From Mycobacteriales bacterium (GTDB taxonomy: Bacteria > Actinomycetota > Actinomycetes > Mycobacteriales > Nakamurellaceae), in NCBI GenBank assembly GCA_038322925.1, contig JBBQGJ010000002.1:3544-67543 (forward strand): DNA of 64,000 bases, in the 5' to 3' direction. The notes below the pieces were generated by a model. That model had not been told where the DNA came from, did no database searches, and saw only the letters and a program-made list of their open reading frames with translations. Position numbers and translations under genes: made by a program. Each line of letters starts with the position of its first letter. Positions within the stretch are counted from its first letter, which is position 1. Below are positions 22,909-32,556 of this stretch, piece by piece.

Positions 22909-24290
22909 GCGTGATCGGCACCGGCGCAGCGGGCGGTAACGCCCCGACTGAATCCGGGCGGTCGGACGGGACCGGCGCGCGGCAACTCGTCACCGGAGGT
23001 TCCGTCCTGGCAGTAGCGCTGGTCGTGACGAACGCGGGCAACTACATCCTGAACCTGCTGCTGGGACGGTGGCTGTCCCCGGCCGAGTTCGCCGACGCCA
23101 GCCTCATGGTGACGATGATGTTGACGTTCGCGTCAATCTCAGTGTGCCTGGCATTGGTGACCGCTCGTTTCATCGGGATCCGAGACGCCGCAGGTGATGT
23201 CGGAGGATCTGAACGGCTGGTCCGCACGTTGCGGCGGGTTGCACTGTCCGTCGGAATCGTGATCGCGGCGGTGGTCGCCGCGGGCTCGCCATGGTGGCGT
23301 GACATCTTCCACACGGGCTCCGCGTGGCCCTTCGTGATCCTGGCCTGCGGCATCCCGTTCTACCTTCAGTGTGCGGTCGGCCGCGGGACGCTCCAGGGAC
23401 GGCTTCGGTTCGCTCCACTGGCAGTCACCTTCCTGGTGGAAATGATTGTTCGGCTGTCGGTTGGCTCCGGGCTGGTGCTGCTGGGCATGGGCGTTGACGG
23501 CGCCACCGCAGGGCTGGCGCTGTCGCTGGTGGCAGCGTGGGTGACCGTGATGTTGTTCCGGCCGGGTCTTTCGCGGGCGCGCCGCATTATTGAGGTGGGC
23601 CCGGTTGATGCGAGCCCGGGCACCAGCACCGACCTCGCCGGCGTCCGCGCCTATGCGGCCTTCGTCTCCGTGCTACTGGTCGGCCAGATGGTCATCAACA
23701 ACAGTGATGTACTGATCGCCAAAGCCAGCCTGGCGCCCTTCGACGCCGGTCTGTACTCGGCCGTGGCGTTGATCGGCAGAGCGGTGTTCTTCCTGTCCTG
23801 GTCCGTGGCCACGGTGGTCTTCCCGGTCGTCGCCCTGCGTCATGCCAAAGGTGAATCAGGCCATCGGGTCCTGGCGGGTGGAATAGTCGCGGTGCTCGGG
23901 ATCGGCTCGGCGTGCGTTGTCGGCGCGTTGCTGTTCGGCGGACCCGTGTTGGGTGTGGTACTGGGGCCGGACTACAGCGGGTTGAGCGGGTCGTTGGCCG
24001 TCTATGCCCTGGCGACCACCCTTTTTGCGGTTGCCAGCCTGATCGCGAGCCAGCATCTCGCGACCGGCCGAATCCGGGAATCGTGGGTGGTGCTCGCTGG
24101 CGCGGGCCTGCAGATCGTTCTGTTGCTGTTGTGGCACAACAGCATCGCCCAACTCATCGGCGCTCAGCTGGTCGCAATGAGTTTCGTGTTGACTGCTGTG
24201 GTGATCAGTCATTTCGCGCCGTACCACGGCAGTGCCTTCGGTCAAGCGGCTCTCGACGGGCCGACCGCGGATATCACCAAGGTGGATTGA
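22905..24290 (+). CDS. Wzx/MOP-like oligosaccharide flippase
   Basis: ~12 hydrophobic segments, LGRWLSPAEF, AGLYSAVALIGR, VVFP; ATGA overlap with GT4. Confidence 0.8.
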   Translation: MSVIGTGAAGGNAPTESGRSDGTGARQLVTGGSVLAVALVVTNAGNYILNLLLGRWLSPAEFADASLMVTMMLTFASISVCLALVTARFIGIRDAAGDVGGSERLVRTLRRVALSVGIVIAAVVAAGSPWWRDIFHTGSAWPFVILACGIPFYLQCAVGRGTLQGRLRFAPLAVTFLVEMIVRLSVGSGLVLLGMGVDGATAGLALSLVAAWVTVMLFRPGLSRARRIIEVGPVDASPGTSTDLAGVRAYAAFVSVLLVGQMVINNSDVLIAKASLAPFDAGLYSAVALIGRAVFFLSWSVATVVFPVVALRHAKGESGHRVLAGGIVAVLGIGSACVVGALLFGGPVLGVVLGPDYSGLSGSLAVYALATTLFAVASLIASQHLATGRIRESWVVLAGAGLQIVLLLLWHNSIAQLIGAQLVAMSFVLTAVVISHFAPYHGSAFGQAALDGPTADITKVD

Positions 24291-25141
24291 TGACGAACAC
24301 TTCGACCTATCAGGCCTACCGCGCGTGGGTCACCGAGCCCATCCCAGGAAAGCCCAGGATTTCGGTCGTTGTTCCCGCGTTCAACGAAGAATGGCGGATA
24401 CTGCCGACCGTCGGCGCGATCGCGACCCACATGTGTGCACGGGGAGAGCCTTGGGAGTTGATCGTCGCCGACGACGGGTCGACGGACACCACGGTCGAAT
24501 TGCTCACCGATCTGCGATTTCCCAACATGCGCGTGCTCATCGCCGACCGCAACAGGGGCAAGGGCAGCGCCGTTCGCCGCGGCGTTCTCGCCGCGCAGGG
24601 CGACTATGTCCTGTTCGCGGATGCCGACCAGTCGACGCCTGTCGAGCAGTTCGACAGGCTGTTGGACGAGCTGACCAGAGGGTATGACGTAGCGGTCGGC
24701 TCCCGCGCGGCATCGGGCGCGGCGGTCAGCGGTCGTAGCCTGCTGCGCAGGACCCTGAGCCGCGGCCTGCGGGTGGTGGTCGCGGTCGGATTCGGAGTGA
24801 AGGTGACTGATACCCAATGCGGATTCAAGCTCTTCACCGCCGACGCCGCTCGAACGCTTTTCGAGCTGCAGATCGTCGACAACTTCTCGTTCGACCTCGA
24901 GGTGCTCTACCTCAGCGGCAAGGTCGGTCTCAAGGTCGCGGAGGTTCCGGTCGAGTGGATCGACGCGCCGGGCTCCACGGTGGATGCAGCCAAGGTGTCC
25001 CTGCAGTTCCTCACCGATCTGTTCAAGATCCGGATCAGCGATCTGCGTGGCCACTACACGGTGGGTGGGCACCATTCGGTCGCGCGTGCGGTCGGACGCC
25101 GCCAGGCGATCGTCGCGGCGCCAACCTCAGTCAATCAATAA
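24290..25141 (+). CDS. polyprenol/dolichol-phosphate glycosyltransferase (GT2, ALG5-like)
   Basis: VVPAFNEE, ADDGSTD, NRGKG, FADAD, DTQCGFKLF, FDLEVL. Confidence 0.9.
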   Translation: MTNTSTYQAYRAWVTEPIPGKPRISVVVPAFNEEWRILPTVGAIATHMCARGEPWELIVADDGSTDTTVELLTDLRFPNMRVLIADRNRGKGSAVRRGVLAAQGDYVLFADADQSTPVEQFDRLLDELTRGYDVAVGSRAASGAAVSGRSLLRRTLSRGLRVVVAVGFGVKVTDTQCGFKLFTADAARTLFELQIVDNFSFDLEVLYLSGKVGLKVAEVPVEWIDAPGSTVDAAKVSLQFLTDLFKIRISDLRGHYTVGGHHSVARAVGRRQAIVAAPTSVNQ

Positions 25142-25176
25142 CGCTCAATCAATAACGCTCAATCGATAACGGTCAA
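25131..25176. repeat. 14-bp AT-rich tandem repeat x3 spanning the GT2 stop
   Basis: TCAATCAATAACGC x2 then TCAATCGATAACGG. Confidence 0.85.
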
Positions 25177-25194
25177 CCAGTGAGGGAGAGTGTG

Positions 25195-25560
25195 ATGAGA
25201 ATTCGGACGGAAACAGGCGCCGGGCACCACAGCATCAGTCTGGCGGGCCGGTTCGACGCTCATGAGATCGATGGCTACCGCATGGCCTTCGAGCCCCTGC
25301 TGAGCGAACCGGGGACCGTCGTCCGAGTGGACCTGGCCAGCGTGGTCTTCGTGGACTCCAGCGCGCTGGCCGAATTGCTGCGATCGCAGCGCGCGGCGCG
25401 GGAATCCGACGGAGATCTTGTCCTGGTCAACCTGTCCGACCCGGTGCGGATCATCCTCGAGCTGACCGCGCTCGAACAGGTCTTCACCACGGAAACCGGC
25501 GCGAGCGCCCCAGTCGGAGTTGTGGCCGATAGCTCGGGTCGGCCGGTGGAGACACGCTGA
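25195..25560 (+). CDS. STAS anti-anti-sigma factor (RsbV/SpoIIAA-like)
   Basis: LAGRFD, VDLASVVFVDSSAL with phosphoacceptor Ser. Confidence 0.88.
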   Translation: MRIRTETGAGHHSISLAGRFDAHEIDGYRMAFEPLLSEPGTVVRVDLASVVFVDSSALAELLRSQRAARESDGDLVLVNLSDPVRIILELTALEQVFTTETGASAPVGVVADSSGRPVETR

Positions 25561-25561
25561 C

Positions 25562-26791
25562 GTGCCGACAGACGTCTCGAGCGTGGACCTCGATCTGGCG
25601 TTGGTCACCGAAGCACTGATAGCGAGCCAGGACCAGCTCGCCGCGCTCCGTGCCCTGATCGGCGTACCGATCGACTCCTTGGACGACAACACCGCCCTGG
25701 AATCGATGCTGCACGAGGCTCTCGAGCTCACCGATTCCCATTGCGCGGTGCTCGTCCGCGGTGACGTTGTGATGGAGGTGGGCGGTGGGCAGCAACTCTT
25801 CGAATTGCGTCGACTCTTGACCTGCGGCATCGGCCTGTCCAGGACCGAGCCGCATCCCGTCGAGTTGCCAGTCGGATCCGCTGTGGTCGCATCGCTCGGC
25901 GACGGTGGGAGCCAGGGGTGCCTGGGGTTCGCCCGCCGCACGGACACCCGATACCGCACCGGCGACCTCCACCTGATTGACACTGTGGTGGCCGCCATCA
26001 ACAAGCTGACGTCTCTGACCGATCTGCACCGTCGCGGCGTGCGGCGGGCGGCCATCGACCACGAGCATCAACTTGCCTCGACCCTGGCGCAGGCGATTCT
26101 GCCGACCGCCCCGCCCGCTCTGGACGGGGTGGACGTGTTCGCCAGGAGCATCCCGGCGAGCCTGGCGGGCGGTGATTTCATTGTTTTCGAAGTTCTCGAC
26201 GGCATTCTGTGGTTTGCGGTAGGAGATGTGGCGGGCAAGGGACTGCCGGCCGCCATTGTGATGACCAGGGCGGTCAGCGCCGCACGAGTCGCATTTCACA
26301 CCCATGCCGAGGACCAGCCGGCGGCCGCTCTCGGCGCGGTCGGCGACGAACTCTTCGACTATCTCAGCGGCGTCGGGTTATTCGTGACCATGGCAGTGGG
26401 TTCGTATCGTCCGGGAAGCGGCGTCGTTCACCTGGCCAATGCGGGACATTCGCCGGTGCTGTCGGTGGCCGACGGTCGGGCGTGTGTCGTCCCGGCATCC
26501 ATGCCACCGATCGGTGTGGTACGTGCTATGAGGGGTCGAACACAGCAGATCCGGCTGGGGCCCAACGACCTCTTGGTGATCGGTTCCGACGGGCTCGCCG
26601 AGCAGGAGGACATTCACGCCGTGATGTACGGATATGACAGGCTGCTGCGTCGGGTCGAGCAGCGGGCGCATCTCACCGTGAATGAATTCGGGGACGGACT
26701 GATGAACGACGTCCAGGACCATGCCGGCGACCAACCGGCCTCCGACGACCGAACCCTGGTCGTGTTGGGCGAATCGCGGGTGGCGCCATGA
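25562..26791 (+). CDS. PP2C/SpoIIE (RsbU-like) serine phosphatase
   Basis: AGGDF, VGDVAGKG, ANAGH, SDGLAE, SDDRT. Confidence 0.9.
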   Translation: MPTDVSSVDLDLALVTEALIASQDQLAALRALIGVPIDSLDDNTALESMLHEALELTDSHCAVLVRGDVVMEVGGGQQLFELRRLLTCGIGLSRTEPHPVELPVGSAVVASLGDGGSQGCLGFARRTDTRYRTGDLHLIDTVVAAINKLTSLTDLHRRGVRRAAIDHEHQLASTLAQAILPTAPPALDGVDVFARSIPASLAGGDFIVFEVLDGILWFAVGDVAGKGLPAAIVMTRAVSAARVAFHTHAEDQPAAALGAVGDELFDYLSGVGLFVTMAVGSYRPGSGVVHLANAGHSPVLSVADGRACVVPASMPPIGVVRAMRGRTQQIRLGPNDLLVIGSDGLAEQEDIHAVMYGYDRLLRRVEQRAHLTVNEFGDGLMNDVQDHAGDQPASDDRTLVVLGESRVAP

Positions 26792-27231
26792 ACGGCGGCC
26801 CTGCCCGGCTCACCATGAGCGCCGATGCGCTGTCCGTGCGCAAGCTCGGCCCGTGGCTGTCCGAGTCGCTCGCGCCGACCGGGGGTGAGGCGAAAGAGTT
26901 GCAGGGCAAGATGGAACTCGCCGTGCATGAAGTCTGCATGAACATCGTCGATCATGCCTACAGCGGCCAGCCGGCCGAGGACCGGAGCGACCTGCATGTC
27001 GAGTGTTGGGTCCATCCGGAGGCGGTACTGGTCCGGGTGAGCGACGGCGGGAGCCCCTTCCAGGCCCCCGCGCACCGACCGACTCCCGGTGTGCCGCAAA
27101 TCCGGGGCTATGGCCTTCCGATCGTGGAGAAGCTCGCCGACGACGTGCGGTACGAGCGCGGGAACGGCATCAACATCTGGTCGCTCCGATTCCGCCGAAC
27201 CCGCACAGACAGGAGCAACGATCGTGAATAG
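26788..27231 (+). CDS. RsbW-like anti-sigma factor / Ser kinase (HATPase_c_2)
   Basis: LAVHEVCMNIVDHAY, VSDGG, RGYGLPIV. Confidence 0.88.
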   Translation: MNGGPARLTMSADALSVRKLGPWLSESLAPTGGEAKELQGKMELAVHEVCMNIVDHAYSGQPAEDRSDLHVECWVHPEAVLVRVSDGGSPFQAPAHRPTPGVPQIRGYGLPIVEKLADDVRYERGNGINIWSLRFRRTRTDRSNDRE

Positions 27232-27610
27232 CGGACAAGACACCAGCGCAGAGGAACGGCCCGGAGCAGGCAGAGTGGGAAGTCTGTGTAGCAGCATCGC
27301 CATTCACGACGGGATTTCGGCGACGATCGTTCTTCTCGGTCGACTCGATGCCGTCGAGGCGCCGGCGCTGCGTGAGCAGTTCGCCGAGATCTTCAGAGCC
27401 GGTGCCATCACGGTGGTGGTCGATCTGGTCGGGGTGTCGTTCATCGACAGCGCCGGACTCGCCGCGTTGGTTCGTGCTCGCCGGGATGCACAATCCGCCG
27501 GCGGTGACTTGGTGCTGATCAGACCTGCCGACGAGGCAGCTCTGCGGGTCTTTCGACTCACGCAGTTCGACGAGGTGTTCCAGATGGTCGCCCACCGCGG
27601 TGCCGCGTGA
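27224..27610 (+). CDS. second STAS anti-anti-sigma factor
   Basis: LGRLDA, VDLVGVSFIDSAGL. Confidence 0.85.
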   Translation: MNSGQDTSAEERPGAGRVGSLCSSIAIHDGISATIVLLGRLDAVEAPALREQFAEIFRAGAITVVVDLVGVSFIDSAGLAALVRARRDAQSAGGDLVLIRPADEAALRVFRLTQFDEVFQMVAHRGAA

Positions 27611-28017
27611 CAGCAGATTCCGGGTCTCTCCGCGATCCGGTGCTCGTGGTTGACGACGACATGGTGTCGCGACTCGTGCTGGCGCAGATGCTGCGCCGCA
27701 TGGGGTTCGACGTGCTTGAAGCGGACGATGTCGATCCGGCAATCGACATGATGGCCGGATCGGCATTATCCGCTGTGTTTTGTGACTTCTCGATGCCGGG
27801 TGGCACCGGTCTCGATGTGCTGGCCCGGCTCGGTCGCGTGTCGGGCCGGCCGGCGTTTGTCTTGGTAACGGGGATCGTGGACGCCGCCAAGGTCGACGGG
27901 GCTCACGTCGATGCTCGCTTCGATTCAGTCGATTCCTACCTGACCAAGCCGGTGAGCACCCGCGCGCTGCGTGCCTGCGTCGACGTGGTGTTGTCGAATC
28001 GGTCCTCGAGCTCATGA
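27607..28017 (+). CDS. stand-alone response regulator receiver (CheY-like)
   Basis: VLVVDDD, CDFSMPG, LVTG, YLTKPV; no output domain. Confidence 0.85.
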   Translation: MTADSGSLRDPVLVVDDDMVSRLVLAQMLRRMGFDVLEADDVDPAIDMMAGSALSAVFCDFSMPGGTGLDVLARLGRVSGRPAFVLVTGIVDAAKVDGAHVDARFDSVDSYLTKPVSTRALRACVDVVLSNRSSSS

Positions 28018-29042
28018 CATCGTGGCGGTCGGTGGGACGGCGGACGGCAGTGGCGGCCGGGTGGGCTTTGGCCGCCGGTATGTCGGTCGTCGGGCTCAAC
28101 CGACTGCTTCGCTCGGAGAGCGAGCCTGTGCTGATCGGCGTGCAGGGAATCGGAATGTGGTTGCTGCTGCCCGCATATCCGCTGGCAGTGGCCGCCCTCT
28201 TGGCGCGAAGGAAGGCGCTGGCCGGGATCGCCGTGGTGTTGGTACTGGGGAACGTCGTGTGGGCGAGCGAGATGGTCGAGCGTGGTCGCGGCCAACCAGC
28301 ACCGACGGGGGCAGCGACGTTGCGGCTCGTGTCGGCCAACCTGCTCGTCACCAACCCCGACATCGTCACTCTCGCCAGGGATCTGGCTGCCACCGGGGCC
28401 GATGTGATCGTCCTTCAGGAGGTCAGCGCGGAGCATTTGGCCGGGCTGGGGGCGGCCGGCCTGCTCGCAAAGTACCCGTACCAGGTGCTGGACCCGCTTC
28501 CGACGTTTCATGGATCCGCGATCCTGTCCACGCTTCCCATTGCTGATGGCCGGGCATTCGATGTGGCCGGGTCGCCGATGACCCGCGCGGACCTCATCAC
28601 GGGAACCGGGATCGTCCGGTTGATCAACGTGCACACCGTTGCGTCCTTGAACGAGTCGCAGGCCCGTCGTTGGCGTGCCCAGCTGGACCTGTTGGCCCAG
28701 ATGCGGCCACCGGAGTCAGGTGCCCTGATCATGGCGGGGGACTTCAACGCCACCCTCGACCACGCCCCGATGGACGTAGTGGTCTCCAGCGGGATGCGGG
28801 ATGCCTTCAACGAGGCAGGGCAGGGCATCGGTGCCACCTGGCCACAATCGAGCGGGCCGATGCTCCCGCTGATGCGCTTGGATCACGTCCTGGTGAGCGA
28901 CTCGGTGGTGGTGATGAGCGCTGAGGTCCAGGCCAATCCGGGCAGCGATCACCGCCGACTTGCCGTGGAGTTGGCGCTGCCATCGGCCACGGCTTCGGTA
29001 TCGATGTTGCGACCGAGTACCTCCGCTGCCGCTTCACCATGA
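28014..29042 (+). CDS. membrane-anchored EEP (endonuclease/exonuclease/phosphatase) protein, paralog 1
   Basis: 3 N-terminal TM segments; SANL, LQEV, NVHT, AGDFNA, LDHV, GSDH. Confidence 0.85.
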   Translation: MTSWRSVGRRTAVAAGWALAAGMSVVGLNRLLRSESEPVLIGVQGIGMWLLLPAYPLAVAALLARRKALAGIAVVLVLGNVVWASEMVERGRGQPAPTGAATLRLVSANLLVTNPDIVTLARDLAATGADVIVLQEVSAEHLAGLGAAGLLAKYPYQVLDPLPTFHGSAILSTLPIADGRAFDVAGSPMTRADLITGTGIVRLINVHTVASLNESQARRWRAQLDLLAQMRPPESGALIMAGDFNATLDHAPMDVVVSSGMRDAFNEAGQGIGATWPQSSGPMLPLMRLDHVLVSDSVVVMSAEVQANPGSDHRRLAVELALPSATASVSMLRPSTSAAASP

Positions 29043-29094
29043 GGGCTGCCCTGGAAATTTCCGCCGTGGAAGGCGATGGCGGTTCCACGTGATC

Positions 29095-32000
29095 ATGATG
29101 CTGCGACGCAAGCGACGGGATGCGACGCCCCGGGGCGCCGCGCCGTCCGCAGCGACCGCCGCACCTGCCGATGTCGCGCCAGTTCGTCCCGAGGGCGGCG
29201 CCGGGCTGTCGGCCAGGACGATCGCGCTCGTGGTCGGGGCCGCGTTCTACGTGGCCTCCTTCATCGTGTTCCGCCACGTTCTCGCGGCCATCCCGTCCGT
29301 CCTCAACGGCGACGCGGTGATCGCGGGCGACGAACTGGTGCCTTTCTTCAATCCGCACAGCCAGTTGCTCGACCAGGCGGAGGGTCAGTTCAACGAGTTG
29401 GTCAATGGATATGAGTTCCGTGTGCGCTACGCGTTCCTCACCACGTGGCTGCGGTACTACAAAGTGCTGCCGTTCGCGATCCTGCTGGTGATCCCGTCGC
29501 TGTTCTGGGTCGTGTACCTCACCGTCGCCCGCTTCATGGACAAGGTGTTCACATCCCTGTCCTCCCAGGCCATCTACCTGGCCACCGCGTTCCCGGTCAC
29601 TCTCATCTACCTGATCATGACCTACTCGAAGGTCACCCACTTCTACACACTGATCCTCGGCCTGGTGCTGATGACCATCTCGGCGCTGTGGATGCTCTAT
29701 GCGCTGCTGTTTGCCGGCCGCAAGTGGAAGCGTTACATGGTGCTGTCCAGCGTGGCCACGCTGCTCAACCCGGCCATTCACTACCTGATCCTGTTCAGCC
29801 TGTTCTTCGCCATCACCATCGTTACCCTGCTGGTCGGTGAGATCGGCAGGTGGATCCGCCGCGGCGGGCCCGCTCGATTCCTTCTCCTTCCCAGGCGCGT
29901 TCGGCGTCTGGTGGTCGAGTCGGGACGCTGGCGCAGAGTGCGCGCCGCATTCCGAAACGCGGCGGGGACGACCGTGGGACGCTCGTTCCTGGCCTTTGTC
30001 CTGTACGTGGCGATCACGCTGATCCCTTACGCCCTCTTCGTCAAGTACGTGGCACTGGCGGGCGTGACCAACCTGAGCGACACCGTCCCCGGCGACTTCT
30101 ATTTCATCCAGGACGCGTCGGTGTCCTGGCTCCATCTGATGTCCTGGGATCTCGCCGGCATCACCGACAAGATCCTGTTCGGCGACTACCTGGCCAAGGT
30201 GCCGCGGTATCTGGATGCCGTGTACACCCTGCTGCTGGCCGTTCCCCTGGTCGTGCCGCCGATCCGTCGGCGACTGTTCCCGACTCGACCTCACCGGCAG
30301 TTGCTCGGTGTGATCTACGTAGCCATCGCATTCGCCCTCTGGGCAACGATCGGCTACGCCGAGCCGCTGTGGTTCCCCACCTTCCACCGCACTCTCGCCA
30401 ACATCGCGATCGCCGCCAACGCCAGCCACTCGACGATCGGCAACCTCGTCGTCACGGTGGCGGGCACCATCGTGCAGGTGCTGCGATTCCCGCACCGATT
30501 CCAGCTCATCCTGTTCATGCTGGCACCGCTGGTGATGTCGCTCACGCTTGCCTACCTTATCGACGCCGTCGGCGGCTCCTGGGCGCGCACGGCGGCCGGC
30601 CCCGGTGTCTCGCGAGACACAGGCTCCCTGCGGGGTGTCGCGCGCGGCATGACCTCGCAGCCGTCCACCCGCTGCGCCCGGCTCCGCCGGTCAGTCAGGC
30701 GTCGCGCCTCAGGACGACCGCCGGGCGCCCCCGGACGGGTCGCGGCGCGAAGCGCGCTCTTCCTGCGACTGCTCGCCACCGCTTGCATTGCGGCAGTGTT
30801 CTTTGTGCCTTTCTGGTCGAGCGACCCGTACCGCACGGTCTTTGCCTCCGGGGATATGGCTGGGTTCCTCGCGCCCTTTCCGTTGGGCGATCTCAGGGAG
30901 CTCAAGGATGCGCTCAACGCGCTGCCCGAGGGCAAGACTGTCGTGCTGCCCCCGACCGAGACCGCCAAGCTCGTCGGCGACGAGAACGGCATCGACCACA
31001 AGTTCATCGACAAGTTTTTCATCTATTATCTCGACAAGCCGAGCTTCTACTACGGTCTCACCGGTGACGTGAAGAACAAGTTCGAGTTCTTCCTCATCCT
31101 GCGTGGGCTCTACTACCAGCAGGACTGGTGGATCAACGAGGCACGCGATATCGGCGTCCGCTACATCGTCGTCAACCGCAAGATCCACAACAATGGCGGT
31201 GTCGGCGCCGAGTATCTGCCCAATGTCGAGAGCTACGTCGAGCCCGGGCTCAGGCGCCTGCACGATGACATCGCGCTCCGCTTCGAAAACAGCAGCTACG
31301 CCCTCTATGAGATCACCGACCAGCCCAAGGCGAACCGCCCGACGCTGCTGGTCGACTCGAGTTGGCAGAACTACCTCAACCTCGTATTCCACCGACGGAA
31401 CCTGAGTCGCTGCTACAAGTTCGAGTACACGCCGTACTACGACGCCGCCAAGGCCGAACCGGGGGCGCCGATCCAGTTGCTCACGGACGACCCGCACACC
31501 TCCGCCGTCGACCTGTACCTGCTGGACCATCCCGAGGCCATCTCACCTCCCGATACACGAATGTTCGCCTTCAATCCCAATATCGTGGCATCGAGCTATT
31601 ACCTCTCGCCGATGTTCCGTTCATTCCTGCTGTTCTCGAATACCAAGTGGAACCGCACCAACATGATCACGCCCGGCATCTTCGGGACCCTGCGCGGCTC
31701 CTTCATCGGAGTGCCTCGCGCCACCCAGTTCAATCTGCCGGTCAAGGTGAAGAATGCCGGCCGTTACCGCCTGCTGATGCGCACCGCGGACACCGCGAAC
31801 TCGGTTCGAATAACCTCACCAACGCTTTCCTACGACAAGACGTTCGAGCTGCGTTCTCCGGCTTCGAACGTACAGATGTTCAATACCGCCGAGGTTTACA
31901 ACTCGGACCGGCAGGCGGTCGACACCTCCGCAATGTCGGTGGCCCAGCTCGAGGATGCGATCCCCGACACGCTGGTCCCGGTCAATTTCGGATATACCTA

Positions 32001-32556
32001 CCAGGACCTCGGTGTCGTCGATGCACCGGCCGGCACGCACACCTTTTCCGTCGACAAGACCGACGGCAATCCGATGCTCGTCGAGGGAATGATGCTGATT
32101 CCTGAGGAGACCTACGAGACCCTGGCGCTGCCGTCCAACGTCACCCCGATCACCGACCCGAACACGCTCGGCTGCTCGGAGCACACCGAAACCACGGGAA
32201 CAACGGACGGATACGTAGATCCAGCCGCCAACCCGGAACACGCGAACCTGACCCAGGACGAACTGCTGAACCTCGCCGCCGCCGATGTGCAGGATCTCAC
32301 GCCGGGCCCTGGCGGTGTGGTCGGTCCGACCTGGCTCGGGCTCGCCGCTACGGCCCTATTGCTGATGCTGAGCGTCCTGCTGGTGCGCTGGCGGTCGCGA
32401 CGTCGAATTGAGGACGACGGCCCTAACGAAGACGACGGGAACCGAGACGACTCGCTCGAAACCGATGACGACACCACTGAAGACCCCGACGGACGGTCAC
32501 CACCGGCACCCGCTGGTGAACCGCCCGCACCGCCAATGAAGGAAGCAGGACAATGA
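29095..32556 (+). CDS. large polytopic membrane protein, putative GT-C glycosyltransferase
   Basis: Many TMs in the N-half, acidic GDE after TM1, LRFPHRF, IGVRYIVV, ~500-aa soluble domain, C-terminal TM and acidic tail; function inferred. Confidence 0.6.
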   Translation: MMLRRKRRDATPRGAAPSAATAAPADVAPVRPEGGAGLSARTIALVVGAAFYVASFIVFRHVLAAIPSVLNGDAVIAGDELVPFFNPHSQLLDQAEGQFNELVNGYEFRVRYAFLTTWLRYYKVLPFAILLVIPSLFWVVYLTVARFMDKVFTSLSSQAIYLATAFPVTLIYLIMTYSKVTHFYTLILGLVLMTISALWMLYALLFAGRKWKRYMVLSSVATLLNPAIHYLILFSLFFAITIVTLLVGEIGRWIRRGGPARFLLLPRRVRRLVVESGRWRRVRAAFRNAAGTTVGRSFLAFVLYVAITLIPYALFVKYVALAGVTNLSDTVPGDFYFIQDASVSWLHLMSWDLAGITDKILFGDYLAKVPRYLDAVYTLLLAVPLVVPPIRRRLFPTRPHRQLLGVIYVAIAFALWATIGYAEPLWFPTFHRTLANIAIAANASHSTIGNLVVTVAGTIVQVLRFPHRFQLILFMLAPLVMSLTLAYLIDAVGGSWARTAAGPGVSRDTGSLRGVARGMTSQPSTRCARLRRSVRRRASGRPPGAPGRVAARSALFLRLLATACIAAVFFVPFWSSDPYRTVFASGDMAGFLAPFPLGDLRELKDALNALPEGKTVVLPPTETAKLVGDENGIDHKFIDKFFIYYLDKPSFYYGLTGDVKNKFEFFLILRGLYYQQDWWINEARDIGVRYIVVNRKIHNNGGVGAEYLPNVESYVEPGLRRLHDDIALRFENSSYALYEITDQPKANRPTLLVDSSWQNYLNLVFHRRNLSRCYKFEYTPYYDAAKAEPGAPIQLLTDDPHTSAVDLYLLDHPEAISPPDTRMFAFNPNIVASSYYLSPMFRSFLLFSNTKWNRTNMITPGIFGTLRGSFIGVPRATQFNLPVKVKNAGRYRLLMRTADTANSVRITSPTLSYDKTFELRSPASNVQMFNTAEVYNSDRQAVDTSAMSVAQLEDAIPDTLVPVNFGYTYQDLGVVDAPAGTHTFSVDKTDGNPMLVEGMMLIPEETYETLALPSNVTPITDPNTLGCSEHTETTGTTDGYVDPAANPEHANLTQDELLNLAAADVQDLTPGPGGVVGPTWLGLAATALLLMLSVLLVRWRSRRRIEDDGPNEDDGNRDDSLETDDDTTEDPDGRSPPAPAGEPPAPPMKEAGQ

